64,000 nucleotides of DNA, taken from contig NC_045697.1 in NCBI RefSeq assembly GCF_009834535.1, forward strand, positions 90,212,001 through 90,276,000. The letters are read 5' to 3'. The position numbers and the translations under genes are program-made. Origin of the DNA: Camelus ferus (taxonomy: Eukaryota). Below are positions 1-13,280 of this stretch, piece by piece. The notes below the pieces were generated by a model. It was not told the origin of the DNA and did no database searches. It saw only the letters and a list, made by a program, of their open reading frames with translations. Each line of letters opens with the position of its first letter. Within the stretch, counting starts at the first letter, position 1.

Positions 1-390
1 CTAACCACAGTCCCAGAATCAGCCTTACCATACCACCTTAAATGTAACAGTATCAGGTGGGCAGCGCCTTTCCTTAAGTGGTCTGAGTCCCATTTCCACG
101 GGTCCTTCCAAAGCAGCTGTGTACCCCTCTCTTCTCAGATCTTGGGCTTCTAGGGTTCTGGAGTTCTTGGGTTGTAAGATTTTAGGTTCTGCTGATTCTA
201 ACTTCTTCACTTGATCTCCCCGTTCCCAAGATGGTGGCTACTTCCTGTAGTTATCACTTTCATGTTCTCTAAGTGCCTCCTTTTTGCCTTGTCAGTCAGC
301 CTAACTCCTGATGAACCGCTTTCCATATCACAATGTCTCTGTTAAAATAACTAGTGTGGTTTCTGTTTTCTAATCTTGATAAACTGGAAT
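1..390 (+). mobile_element. 3' part of an old ERVL-class solo LTR (LTR41/LTR50/LTR52-like), cut by the window edge
   Basis: Ends in tctctgttaaaataactagtgtggtttctgttttct, resembling the U5 end of old ERVL LTRs. Subfamily is uncertain. Confidence 0.5.
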
Positions 391-549
391 ATTAAATAAA
401 AGATCAGATACATTTTTCTGTCCAAAATGTATATGAAAGCATATTTTACAGAAAATGATACCATCTATTACCACTTGAGTAAATTTGATAACTACCTGAA
501 AATAAAAGATTTGGGTTAAATTTAAGTAAAAGTTTTCTCATATAACTAT

Positions 550-1480
550 TTTCCAGTTGCTGAGGCCAAAAAGCTTAGAATCACCCTTTGCTTTTTTTGT
601 TCTCACGCCCTACAAGTAACCAGTTAGAAAATCTCATTGCTCCTAATGAATAAATATAGCTAGAGTCCAATCGCTCTTATCACTTTCACGGTTACTACTT
701 TGGACAGTGGTTCTCAACTCTGGCTGCACATTGAAATCACTGGGAAGATTTTAAATTACCAATGCTTGGCCATACCCACAAATATTCTTATTAGTTGTTC
801 TGGGTTTGGCCTTAGAGTTGGTATTTTTTTAAGTTCCTTGAGAGGAGACAAGGTTGAAAAGTGGTGACCCTCAGTTAAGCCACCATCTTTCTAAAATGTA
901 TTATTATAACAGTCCCTGTCTAGTTTCACAGCTTCTGTTTTTTTCTCTCCCTAACACTAAAGCCTACTCTCCATAATGCAGCAGAGTGATTTTTTTTAAT
1001 GTACATGGTAGTCCAATGGCTTCCATTACAGAGTAAAATATATCTCCTGACCATAGCCTATAGGCCTTATATGATCTAGCCTCAGTGACCTCTCGCCACC
1101 TTCTCCCTCTCTCACCATCCTCCAGCACTGGTCTCTTTCAGTTTTTTTAACACATCAGTCATGCTCTAGTCTCAGGGTCTTTGCTGCTGTACTTTGCAGG
1201 AAGCCATATGACTTCCTTGTCACTTCTTTGAGGTCTCTATTTTAACATCAACTTTTTTCAGAGAGGACCTTCCTGAACATCCTATATAAACAGTCCTCCC
1301 AGCCTGTCATTCACTATCTTCTTTACCCTGCTCTACTTTTCTTCTCAGAACTAACCATTTCCTGACATTGTATTATGCCTTCTCCAATAGGATATAAGTT
1401 CCATAAGGTAACAACTTTGTGGCATTCACTTCTGTATTTCAAGTGTCTGGACAGTGTACAACACAAAACAGGCACTCAAG
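550..1480 (+). mobile_element. L2 LINE 3' fragment, interrupted by MER5
   Basis: L2-typical motifs ccagttgctgaggccaaaa, ccaatggcttccatt, taagttccataagg, and a 3' tail acagtgtacaacacaaaacaggcactcaa. Confidence 0.7.
705..868. mobile_element. MER5-type hAT-Charlie MITE
   Basis: Starts cagtggttctcaactctggctgcacattgaaatcactggga and ends ggttgaaaagtggtg, a degenerate TIR. Confidence 0.7.
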
Positions 1481-1483
1481 AAA

Positions 1484-2405
1484 GTCAACCAAGATGATGA
1501 CATAGGAGGCTCCTGAGTTCCCCTCCTCCCACAAATGGACAGCTACACACAGAGCAACTCCCTCTGAAAAAGATCCAAAAATTAGCTGAGCAATTCTTCT
1601 ACACTGAAAGAATGTGAAATATCCACAGCAAAATGGTAAGGAAGGCTGAGATATGTTCTGGCCAGAAATCATGCTCCTGACACAGTGCCACAGAATCAGG
1701 ACAGAACCCCTATCTCTTAGCTTCTCCCTGAGGAGCAAAGGGTTTAGACACCACATCTTCAAATTTTAAGATACCCACTGGAGGGAAGGGTACCCCAAAC
1801 TCCCATCCCTGAAAGCCAATATGGCTTGTGCCCATAAGACCCACAAAGCTCTAAAAAACTAAGAAACAACTCAACTTGTACATGAGCACATACTCCAGGT
1901 GTCAACAGATAAAAGGATAAAGAAAATGTAGTGTATTTACACAATGGTATACTATTCAGCCATAAGAAAGAATAAAATCTTGTCATTTGCAACAACACTG
2001 ATGAACCTGGAGGGTATTCTGCTCAGTGAAATAGGTCAGATAGAGAAAGACAAGTAACTGAATGTTTTTACTCATGTGGAATCTAAAAACCAAAACAAAT
2101 AAACAAAACGGAAGCAGACTCACAGATACAGAGAACAAACTAGTGGTTATTGGTGCAGTGGGGGACAAAATAGGTGAAAGGCATTAAGAGGTACAAACTA
2201 TCAATTACAAAATAAGTAAGTCACAGAGATGTAATATATAGCACAGTGAATGTAGTCAATATTTTATGATAACTCTGTAGGGTGTGTCATCTATAAAAAA
2301 TTCAAATCACTATGTTATACACATGAAACTATTTTATTGTAAGTCAACTATACTTCAGTTAAACAAAAAACAATATGTAAAGCAAAAAAATAAAATATAA
2401 TAAAA
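1484..2405 (+). mobile_element. Internally deleted L1: about 415 bp of 5'UTR joined to the ORF2 C-terminus, 3'UTR and A-rich tail
   Basis: 5' end caagatgatgacataggagg...cctgagttcccctcctcccac resembles an L1 5'UTR with a decayed YY1 motif. From about 1900 it reads as an L1 3' end (gataaagaaaatgtagtgta...tactattcagccataaga...gtcaactatacttca) followed by an A-tail. Confidence 0.7.
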
Positions 2406-2409
2406 CGAT

Positions 2410-3532
2410 TATTATCTAAATCAGACATGCAGGAAGACTCAAGGTATAATTCATCCCCAGGCAAAATTCCTCTCCAGATGTGAACCTGGGAAACCAGATA
2501 AATCATACGCAGGGAGAGAAATCAGAAAGAAGGAAGAAGTGATGGACCAAGTAAGTCCAAAACCCAGCAAGGCAAATTCCATTAGATTTAAATGCTTGAG
2601 AGTAATCCTCTCAGTTCAATATTCTGCCCTGTAGACCCCCTAGAGTGGCAGAATCAAACCCAGGGATCTGGAGGGCAGCTCTGGCCCTTCAGCTCTCTGC
2701 AAGGGCTCTGTCCCTGGGGCAGAGGACAGGACATTCTGATCTCTAAAACTAAAGAGGAAGGAGAAGCCAGCCCTGTCTATTAGACATGTGGTAGGAGTGG
2801 CAGCCCTGATGATTTCTGGATCATCTTCAGGGTCTTCCCTTTTCTTGAATGATAAAGCATGTCTGCAGTTGAAAAGCTCTGACACCTCGTCACTTAGAAT
2901 CTAAGAGTCCTCCATCTTTCATTTTGTCTCACCTCTGTCCCCTTTCAGTTCAAACTGGCAGGGCTCCTGCTTGCATAATATCGTAATCTCTTTCTCAAAT
3001 GATAGTCAGCTACATCCTTAGGGTTCTCTTTGAAACATACTTTCTTGGTTTTTTGCAATAGGGACAAGCTGAGAATTTTTCAGATCTTTAAATTCTGGTT
3101 CCTTTTTACTTAACTCCTTCTTCAATTTATTTATCTCCCTTCACATTTTGCTGTAAGGAGACAGAAGGACCCAGACCACACCTTCAAAATTTTGCTTTGA
3201 AATATCCTCAGCTATATATCCAGTTTCATGGATCACAAGTTTTACCTTCCACAAAATACTAGAACACAGTTCAGCCAAGTTGTTCACCACTTTGTAGCAA
3301 GAACTGTCTTTTCTCCAATATTCAATAATCTGTTCCTCATTTCTGCCTGACACTTCACCAGACCGGCCTTTAATGGCCATATTTCTACCAATATTCAGTT
3401 CACAGCAATCTGGGCTTTTTCTAATACACACCTCAAAACTCCTCTAGCCTCTATGCATTACCCAATTCCAAAGCCACTTCCACATTTTTAGGTATTTGTT
3501 ACAGTGGCACGTCATTTCACAGTACCAAAATC
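2410..3532 (-). mobile_element. MaLR (MLT1A-type) internal sequence with residual ORF
   Basis: ORF 3141-3431(-) contains WRKDSSCYKVVNNLAELC..LWKVKL...GYIAEDISKQ..W.LL..YSKM, the characteristic MaLR internal ORF. It abuts the LTR at 3533. Confidence 0.85.
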
Positions 3533-3892
3533 TGTACTAGTCAGCTCAAGATGGCATAAAAATATACCATAGACTGGGTGGCTTTAACAAGAGAAATTCA
3601 TTTCCTCATAGTTCTGGAAACTGCAAGTCCAAGATTAAGGTTCCAAGCAAGTCCGTTTCCGGTGAGAGCTCTTTTCCTGGCTTGCAATGGCTGCCTTCTC
3701 TAGGTGTGCTCACACAACCTTTCATTGGTATGCACAGAGAGAGTGCTGCTTATAAATAGGTACCATCCCTGATGGATTAGAGTTATGACCTCATTAAACT
3801 TTCATCATCTCACACGTAATTTCAAAAGCAGTTACACTGGGGGTTAAGGCTTCAACATATGAATTTTGAGGGGAGACAATTCAGGCCATAGT
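3533..3892 (-). mobile_element. MLT1A/MLT1A0-type LTR (5' LTR of the MaLR element)
   Basis: tgtactagtc...accatagactgggtggcttt...agttctgga...aagtccaagat...ggcttcaacatatgaattttg...attcaggccata matches the MLT1A LTR reverse complement. Confidence 0.85.
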
Positions 3893-5539
3893 CGAGCTGA
3901 ATATCAAACCCACGAATCTGCTTTAATTATTGCTTTTTACTCCTAAAGTTTCATTTTCAAAGCACTTTATGTAGTTTATGAATCTTTGTACTGGGCCTTA
4001 TCACACATTGTACAATGTAAACAAAGACTTGAACTATAAGAAAGAGAAAATTGTCTAGAAAACTGTAACAAAGAAGTCTCTCCCCACCCTACTTCCCTCA
4101 TGGACTTAGGTTTTGAATATAAGCATGAGTAGAATAAAAAACTGATTTATCTGATGGATTACTTTATCTGTCTGTCCCATGCAACTGCTTCATTATGGTG
4201 TCTTAAACTTGTCAAAGAAAACTCTAATACATTGCAGCAAGCACATTCTTTGCTGACAGTGAGGTAAAGTTTAGCTTCACAGGTCTTGCTGTTAGTAATT
4301 GTGGTATTGTTGATGTTAGATCCAAGTTCAAGAGATATCTAAACTTCTCTTCATCAGCATGAAACTCGGCTGGGCCTTTTTTTTTTTTTATGAGAGACTT
4401 ATCGCTCCATGGCTTTGTCAGACAGAAAGTTTTCTGAATTGGGATTTTCTTCTTCTGAGCCATTTCAGTACAGATAGCCAGCTGGAATCTACTGATGTAT
4501 GTAAGTTAGGGAGGAAAAGAAGGGGGGCTTGAAAGAGGGAGATGGAGTATCAGGGCTTCAACCTCCATATATGTTTCTCCAAATATAATTGTTTTATTCT
4601 GAAGTAAACATTTGCAAATGAATGTAAAATTGCCCGTAAGAACAGATCAGAGAAAGTCTCACTGTTCTTATTTTCATTGGCATCTATGAAAGATTAAAAT
4701 TTCTTAGGATTTCATCCCAAATTTGTTCTCATAACAAGGTTTTTTCCCCATTTCTTTGGAAAATATACCTTAAGACAATTAATGTTGCAATATTCTATCC
4801 ATTTGAAAATTAGTATTATATATCAAGCAATACCTGTGTCAACCTACACATCAGGTAAAACTGATTATATCTGAGAGTTTTGAAATACCCACTTTGAAGA
4901 AGACTGAAAAAAGTTATGACCTAAATTCTTACTCTCCCTCAAAAGGAAAGTGATCCATGTTATTTTTCCTTGGTCTTTTTTAACCATTTCAATCATTTTC
5001 TACTGCCACAGCAGTGGAACAGGATTATGATAAGGCACATTAAAATCTTCACATCAAATCAGCTAGAAAGAAGAAGAAACCTGGAGACAGTCAGGACCAG
5101 AGTTCTGGAAACTAGACTGTGTGACTGACCTCAAGTAAGATAAGAAGTCTAAATAAAAGTGACCACTGTATCATGGCAAACTGGGCTCAATCCAAGCCAA
5201 TGTCTTTATACATCAGGGTCCAGCAACCAGGCTATGAAAACAAGAACTTCTAGGCAGCAGCAATACTCCGGGTCAAGTGAATGGGTGGTGGGGTTTTAAT
5301 TACAGGTTCATTCCTTTAGTTTCTAACAAGCCTTCAACCATCACTTGGGGATCATTGAGAGCTAGGAATCAGGGTTCAAGCAAAGGACTCTCAAGGTAGG
5401 CCTTCAGATTCTGAAAATAATTAGGTTCCAATAATTAAGATCCTTATCTTATCTGTTAAAAGATTTCCTAACTGGCCCAGCTCACAGTGAGGTCACTTTT
5501 ACATTTAAAACTTGTTCCTTAACAATACCCAATGCATAT

Positions 5540-5725
5540 ATAGTGCTTTGCAGCTTTCAAAGAACTTGCACACACATAATTTATTCTTCACAGCATACCT
5601 GAAACAGGAATATAATAGACATTTTCATACCCACTTTATCAAAGAAGAGACCAGGAATTGTGTAGTAGTGGGGCCAGGAGCCACATGACTCTCTAGTGCT
5701 TTTCCAGTCTGCTGGACCATGATGC
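5540..5725 (-). mobile_element. MIR-family SINE relic
   Basis: tagtgctttgcagctttcaaaga...ttcttcacagca...cccacttta...tctagtgcttttcca. Confidence 0.5.
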
Positions 5726-5789
5726 CTTAAGGAAGCAGATAATGTAAACCTCCTCCTTCCTGACATTTTCCATATGCACGTGAGAGAAT

Positions 5790-6720
5790 GTGGATGGAAG
5801 CAACCCACCATCTTGGTGGGTCCCTGTCATCACCCAGTTCCTCCTCTAAAACCTTAAACATCAGTATTCTACTCAGAAGAAAATCTCCCATCAACTGTTG
5901 CTTCATTCCCACTAAACCCACTGAACTTCATTGAGCTCTTGGCTGAATCTCACCTTCTGTCTTCCCCATTTAGCTCCCTCCAAATCGTAGAGCCTTTATT
6001 ATTAGCATCCTCACTTGTCCTCATCTCTTTGTCTTCTTGCCACATCTACCTGACAAGGCCTCTGTCATAGATCAGTCTCATTTTCTACCTGTAGGCCAAG
6101 CTGTAGAAGCCCTGAGTTGACATTATTAAATTTTTGTATTTTCCTCTGGCTAGGTCACTTTCCCATTTCTATAATAAGTGGAAGTTCTAAACTTTCACTA
6201 CCATCCTAATTCCCTTACCCCACGTCTGGCCTTGCTCACTTTCTCAGGTGATGTTTTCTATCTCATCAAGTTCCTCCAATGCAAATTCCCTTCTTCTAAG
6301 CTTTAACTGTCTTTACTGCGTCATTTGTTCATCCTTACTTCTCTCCTTCCTTCACCTTGAATTTCATTCCCTACCACATTCTCTTTGTCCTCCTTAACAC
6401 CATCTCTTCCACTTCCACTATCCTCAATCTATCCTTTAGTGCCAGCTACTTTCCTAAATTTAAAAAAAAAAAAAAAAAAAAAAGGCAAGTTCTTCCCAAC
6501 TTAAAAAGATCTCTGGTTATTTCATCCTCAAAAAACTTCACAAAAAAATTACTGAAGGAACACTCTATAGTTTTCACTCCTACTTCATATTTTCCATCCT
6601 ATATAATTCATTCACTTCAAATAAATTTCTACACTGTCTATAATGCAATAGATAATAGAGTAGTCAAAGAAGTACAGTGTGACCATTCAAAAATCATCTA
6701 CTTCTGCTTTTGTCAAGAAC
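5790..6720 (+). mobile_element. Highly decayed L2 body fragment
   Basis: Pyrimidine-rich L2-like tract with no intact frame. Confidence 0.4.
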
Positions 6721-9700
6721 CATCTATAATGTGAAACAAGCCATTTTTCAAAGTTTTGTTATTATATATGATCCTTTTGGGGGGGAGGCCTTGGGAAAGT
6801 ATTACTTCCATATTCAATTTGGTCATTTATAAATATATTCTCCATTATTCCAATTATTCATGAAGTTATTATGTTTTCAAGGAACAGTCAATGGAATAGA
6901 AACATAGGGAATATTCAGGCATTTCTACTGAAGGTAGTTTACATTCTATTAAAATTTCACAGAAATAAAACATCTTTCATAATCAGAGGATCTTCATCAT
7001 GGTTTATTTTTTAATAAGAAAATCAGCAATGGGGTATATGGGCTTTTTTTTAATGTGTGTGTGTTTTTACTTACAAGCCTAAAATATCAGCTCTTTATTT
7101 AAACTTTTTATAATCCTTCCACTCAAGTCTCTAACATACTGATTTTGCACTTAATGACTATGAATTAGTTTCAATGTTCAGATTTTTCTCTTCCATGTCA
7201 TAAATGTCTGTGTCTCTTACTTGTTGAATTCTGAGCTCATTTAGACATGGTCTAGCTTCTATCAGGCTGTAAGCCAAAGACCTGAGATAACTGCATACTG
7301 CTTCAGGAATGTTTCTAGAGTTCTTCATCCAGTTTAAGAGAAAGAGAAAGGAAGTGGATGTCAGAAGGTTCCAAGGGGATGTTACTGCTATGCTTGGGCA
7401 TGGATACATTCTGCAGGAATGGCACATTTACATTTATTATGGAGCAGCTGTTCAAATGGGGAGAGTGTTCATTTGAGTGTACACAGATTATGCAGTACTG
7501 CCCTTATCCTTAAATACAAAACATGGCTTTCTCTCACTGTGGTATTTTGGAATTTCACCCTGTGCTGAGGCAAAAACAATGTTTAACTGCCTTTACACAA
7601 GCACAGGAAAGGCTTTCTGGTGCCAGTTGTTTTTCAATAGGGAATCCCTTCACAGTAAACAGCATCACTTACTCCCATTGGGGTGATGGTGGGGTAGCAA
7701 AACCAAACCAAACCAGCCATGATGTGGGCTGTTAATATAGGAAGGTGTGAAACCCAAGTGCAGCTAACTCTAACAAGTAGGCTGCTATTCAAATGAACTA
7801 TGATACTACATAAGATCTATTTCTAGTTTTCAACCCATTGAAACTCACAGAAAACATGTTTCTAAATGAAAGAATTCTGACAAGAGAGTAGATATTTTTT
7901 TAAAAATCGAGGGTCACAAAGGAGTTTATTTGCTTCTCTCTTCCTAATGTACACACAGTTTTCTCTATATTATTCTGAGGTTAATTATCCAATTGTGGAT
8001 TCTGCTCGCCACTGATGTCTCATTTTCCCTCTGGCTCCTGGCCTTCTAGACAACATGCTATTCATTAGCAACTCCACCCAAAGCTGGGCAGGAGAAAGAA
8101 AATCTGCCGAAACACAAACTAGTCTATCCCACTCCTTGTTAGTAGTTCTTGTGGAAGAGAATAAAGAAACTCTTCATTAAACTGAGGCTTTAGAGTTATG
8201 AGCGATGTCAATGATCTATGTAGCTCCAGCTCTCAATATCGTGGATAACTAAGAGTTGGTCACACTACCAGACACTGAGGCTGCAACAATCTACATCTTG
8301 TTTAACTTTATCTCTGCTCTTTCCACTCCCTCAGACTACAACACTATTTCCTAAATGTCAGGTTTTGTGATTATCAAATCTGAAAACTTCCTGAAAATTA
8401 TTTCAAAGGTGGTGGTCATCTCCCACAGTAACTGAAGTAGCAACAAAGTACTAGACATCTGCCCAGGCACACTACACTTGCCCTGTGGGTAATAAAAATA
8501 AATCCTTCAGTTCTGCATTTGAGGTAGACTCCATGTGTCATTTACTTTCTTCACACAAAATGCACTAAGTAATACAGTCTGAGAAAGAGGAGAAAAAAAA
8601 TTTAAGCCAGTCAGATCTTTGAACTTAATAGGCTTTAGCCACTCTGAATTTGATGTGGATATTTTGAGACTATTAACTTGGATTATTTTTCTTCTTTGTT
8701 ATATATGAGCTATATTGGGTTTTAATTTTAATTTTAAACATGAGGAATTCAAAGTAAGTGAGATGAAACTGAAATCTTATCTGTGGACCAGTCTGAAGTT
8801 TCATATACACATACATTAGATGATTATGCTTCATCATGATGTTTTAATTAAGGAAAATAAAAGAGATTTGAGAGGAATCTAGAGTACTAAATAAAAAGAG
8901 CAAGAGTTCAACTGAGGGAAAAAAACTGAAAGAAAGGATGTTTATATGAACATGAAAGGCTTGGATCTAGAAACTTACTGTATTGCTAAAAGTCAATAGT
9001 AATGAACTGACATTAGTGAGATCAGCATGAATCAGATTCAGATGCAATCTCTGTTGTCATCCCAGACAATACTGGAAGAAAAGAAAAAGACCTAAAGATT
9101 AAAAGAAATAAAGAGAAAAATGATTATTTGTTCATTCATTCAACAATCATCAATTTAAAATCTAAACACTAGGACTAAAGAAAAAAGCTTTCCTTTGCTT
9201 GCAAAGAGCTCCAGAGAAATAATAACAAAATAAAATAGAGGTAATACTGAAATACAAACTGTATACCAATCCTTGAGTTAGAAGGTAACAACTAGAGGTT
9301 ATCAAAACTACTTAACTTTCCCAAGAGATTTTAACTATTCCTTCCAAGATTAATGGTGGCAAGTCTTTATGCAATAAAATCTACATTGTATTTGTTTTAT
9401 ACCCACTTTAACTTAATCACCAAAGAGATCAGTATCATTAGAAAACAGAGTTTATTTTAATCCCCAAGGCTTAACTATAACAATTATTGAGCGCTAACAC
9501 CCAGGATGATTAACTTTAAGTTCATTCTGTTCCTTTCGGTAACATTTTATTGAGCACCCACTATATACCAGTTGAGTCCTCCCTCTCAAACCATGGTGGT
9601 TATGCTCCTAAAAACTACAGTTGGAGAATTCATATGATAGGTACCTAAGGCTTTATGGAAAACTAAGTCAAGGAGACCTACTCATAATAAAACCTATGAA

Positions 9701-9959
9701 GATATTATTTTGCCTTCTTCTAAAGATGTCACAATTCTTCCACTCTTGGCAAAATTTAGAGCACCTCATCCCCTATCGATCCACTTGCTTATAGTCTCAA
9801 AATTAAAATATTTGTTAATTTGAGGATTTCACAATATTTTAAGATATACTTTTACTGAATGGAGCAAATTATTATCATTTGACATAAAACACCAAGAAGT
9901 GGCCATGTCCTGGGTATGAAAATGAAATAATTTTCATCATCTCTGGGGTAAATGTGATT

Positions 9960-10282
9960 GACTCTATAGAGAACTAAATGTGGGATAATCAATATGGTAT
10001 TTCCTGGAAACCTGTGATTATCAAACACTTGAAATGAGGCTAGTCCAAATTGAGATATGTTTTAAATGTAAAATACCACATTTCAAAGGCTTAGTATGAA
10101 AAAAGAATATAAAGGATATAATCAATGTTTCTGTTTACTGTGTTGAAGTAATATTTTTGACATATCGGGTTAAATAAAACATTATTAAAATTAATTTCAT
10201 CTATGTATTTTTAGTATTTTTAATGTGACTATTAGAAAATGTTTATGTAAGTGGCTCACATTATTTTTCTATTGAACAGCAC
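9960..10282. mobile_element. MER33/MER3-type hAT-Charlie element
   Basis: cacttgaaatgaggctagtccaaattgagat...gggttaaataaaa...gtggctcacatta tttttctattgaacagcact. Confidence 0.75.
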
Positions 10283-11442
10283 TTTATACAGCAAGGAATA
10301 GGCAAAAGAGTGTGAGTTCGTGCTGGAAGAGACATGCAGCATTACCCAGTGACTGCAACAATTTTGATTTTGAAACTTAGATTTACTTGACATTCCCATA
10401 AACATGATCCAAAATTCTTCCATTTATGAAAAATGTTATAAGAATATAAATCAGCATTTTTTGGTATATGCCTTCATTCATGGAAGGGGAGAAGAATCTG
10501 TTAAGCCCCAGTACCCCTACCTGACAATTAAACTTGGAAAAACATAAGGAAGAACCTGCTCTGATTTGCCCTTTTGGATTTAGGCAGTCAGTCATTAATA
10601 ACTCTATGTTTTTAATACCTATTATTGCATTTTATATAGTACTACAATAGTTCATATTGGTAGCCAGGGTTTAAATCAACTCCTTATTAAACCATATTCC
10701 AAGGTTATCAGTAGCAGTGATTCAATCTGTTCTCTTGGATATACAACACATAAACTAAAAATGCACAGTGAGCCCTTAGGTGACTTCCTTACAGATCGTT
10801 TCTTCCAGTTTGGCTCCCTTGCTTTGACAACCTGAATTAAACAAAATAAGAAGATGAATTGTCTTTTCTACGTTAAATTAAGTTATAATTTATAAATTAA
10901 TTTATAATTTCAAAATAAAACTACAGGAAAAGCTGGATCTAACCAAAATAGTGTCAGAGAATCTGCCCAAACTCTGAAGACTAGGTCAAATCAGAGATTG
11001 CAAATGGCTAATTTCCTGTGCTAAGTTCCACAGAAGACCAGTACAGAGATTTTTATAATTTGGAATTAGTTACCAACACTTGAAATTCACAACATTTTAC
11101 ATAAAAACTATTACATAAAAATAATTTCCCTAGGAAAACAAAATGAGAAGGATTGCCAACAAGTGACATGTGCTCTCCAGCTCATCAGAGTTCCCACTAC
11201 TTCCCCTTGACTCACACTTCCTCTTCTTTACTTGACTATATTCCCTGGGTGCATTTGAGTTTACAACCCCTGAGTTAGGTAAAATTTTGGTAAGTGCATA
11301 AAATATGGTTATATCATTTATTATAGGACACCTAGCATTACCCAGGACACAGGGATACATGGCTGTCACCAATCCTTTAATAATAAATAATAATCACTCA
11401 CAAAATGAAGGCACGTTTTCTTACAGTGACTATTAATAGAAG

Positions 11443-11869
11443 TGTATTGTAAATAAGGATTTGAGTGTAAGTAATTTATTCGGTAGATGATCCCAGCAAA
11501 CAACAGGACTGTGTTGAAGTAAGACAAAGATGCTATTACAGAATGTGTTGATGAGCAGGTTAATAACAATGAGCAGCTAGAGCTCAGTTGTGCTGGGGAC
11601 CTCTGCAGTTTTCCACTTCAGAGCTGTTCCATCTGAGAGGCAAAGAAGTGGGATATTTATACACCAACTCTTATCTGACATAAGTTAAGTGCTGTCTTAT
11701 GGGTGTTAAGTCCCCAGCACTTCTAGTCCCAACCCCACTGGCATGACCCAATCACACTCCTAACCAAAGAAAGATTCAGGCAGATAGCTGGAAGTGCTTG
11801 CATCAGGAAACCATCAGAATATATGAAAACAGTGAGAAAATACAGGCAGGACACAAAGCATCTGCCATA
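11443..11869 (-). mobile_element. LTR33/LTR16-type ERVL LTR (3' LTR of the provirus)
   Basis: aaggatttgagtgtaagtaatttatt...gatccca...tatttatacaccaactc...agcatctgccata. It is adjacent to an ERVL-type PPT (minus strand caaggagtggac, 11870-11881). Confidence 0.7.
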
Positions 11870-13280
11870 GTCCACTCCTTGCACCACTGAGATCTATTCA
11901 TGTCACTCGTTTATTTCCCACTCTCCTGTCCCCAACTCTTCAAGTGCGGCAAGCCACAATTTCTAAAAATAAAAATAATGTACAACTCTTCTATATTTTC
12001 TTAGGTTGGTTAGAACTTTTGTTCATGTATTTTCTCCTCTCAGTGAGGTTACCCAGATCTTCATTCCTAAGGGACGTGAGTTTCCAGTTACCATGACCTA
12101 GTCAGGCCATGACTGTGCAGTAGCATCACTAGTTACGGAAGCACCAAGAGGTACCACAGTGAACCTCCTAAGTTCCAGGCAAACTTCTCTCTTCTCCGAT
12201 TATGCAGCAGCAATTCTATCTCCTCATGATAATCAGTCATTACCCCTGCCAGTACAGTATCTCTTTTCTTTGACTGATGATCCACCAGCATGACAAGCCC
12301 AAAATTCCCAGTCAACAGCTGTAGCTTTAGGTTTATGGAATCATTACTGTGTCCCTTAGTTGAAACATACCTAGCCAGGTACCAGAATTCTAATTCAGCA
12401 GAGGCTAAAGTTACAGAGACAGAAGTACATATTGCAAAGATTGAAAGTTCAACATTCACACTGCTGAGAGGTCAGGCATTCAACAGCTACAGTAGCTAGA
12501 ATAATCTTGGTGAGAGGGAGTGTAATGCTATTGGACCTCACGCATATCTCTCATTATTGGTCCTTATGACTACTTCAGTAACAAGTCCATTGTGCAAAAA
12601 GTACTAGTTTGACTGAGGAGAGTCTGGCTGACCTATGCTAAGATAGATGCTTAAGGATAAGACTGATGAAAAACACAAATATCCACACATTTTGTACCCA
12701 CTCCCATAGCTCCGTTTGAATGTCCATACCTCATACTTTCTTGTATTTAGTCTTCCATCAAGCTCCATCTAGGCCTCTTAGCAATGAGCCAAGCCACTGG
12801 CCACTGCCCAGGAGTCAATGTATATCCTTATCTTACACCATTTCTCTCTCCTCAAAAAGCTGATGACCTGGTGTACTGCTCAAAGATACATCCTAGTATG
12901 CCCAAGACCAAAATGTGTAAGAATTTTACTGATGTTGAAAGCCCCTGAATATCTGCAGTGTTAATCTTCCACTATTTAACACACATGTGTCTTACCATAT
13001 CACTCAGAGTATTTGTCACTTTGGGGTCTCCAAATCCAGGTCAGAGAACCAATGTGAAGGATTTACCAGCTGATAAGTAGATCTATCTTGATAATAATCA
13101 CAGATTGGTCTTTGGACCTATTTGATCCACTGTCAGATGAACTTAGGCCAGGAAGCTATTAGTCACCTGTCCTTCTTACGTCCTCATTCTAACAAGGGCC
13201 ACAAGAGTATTTTTGGTCCTCAGGAATTAGTATCAACCCAGCCCTATATCCAAGAGTCCTTAAAAAATGTGGACAATTCC

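Noticed and set aside
4224..4463. 79-aa ATG ORF (MAQKKKIPIQK...)
   Set aside because: No family recognised, it spans a homopolymer run, and it has no exon or retrocopy hallmarks.
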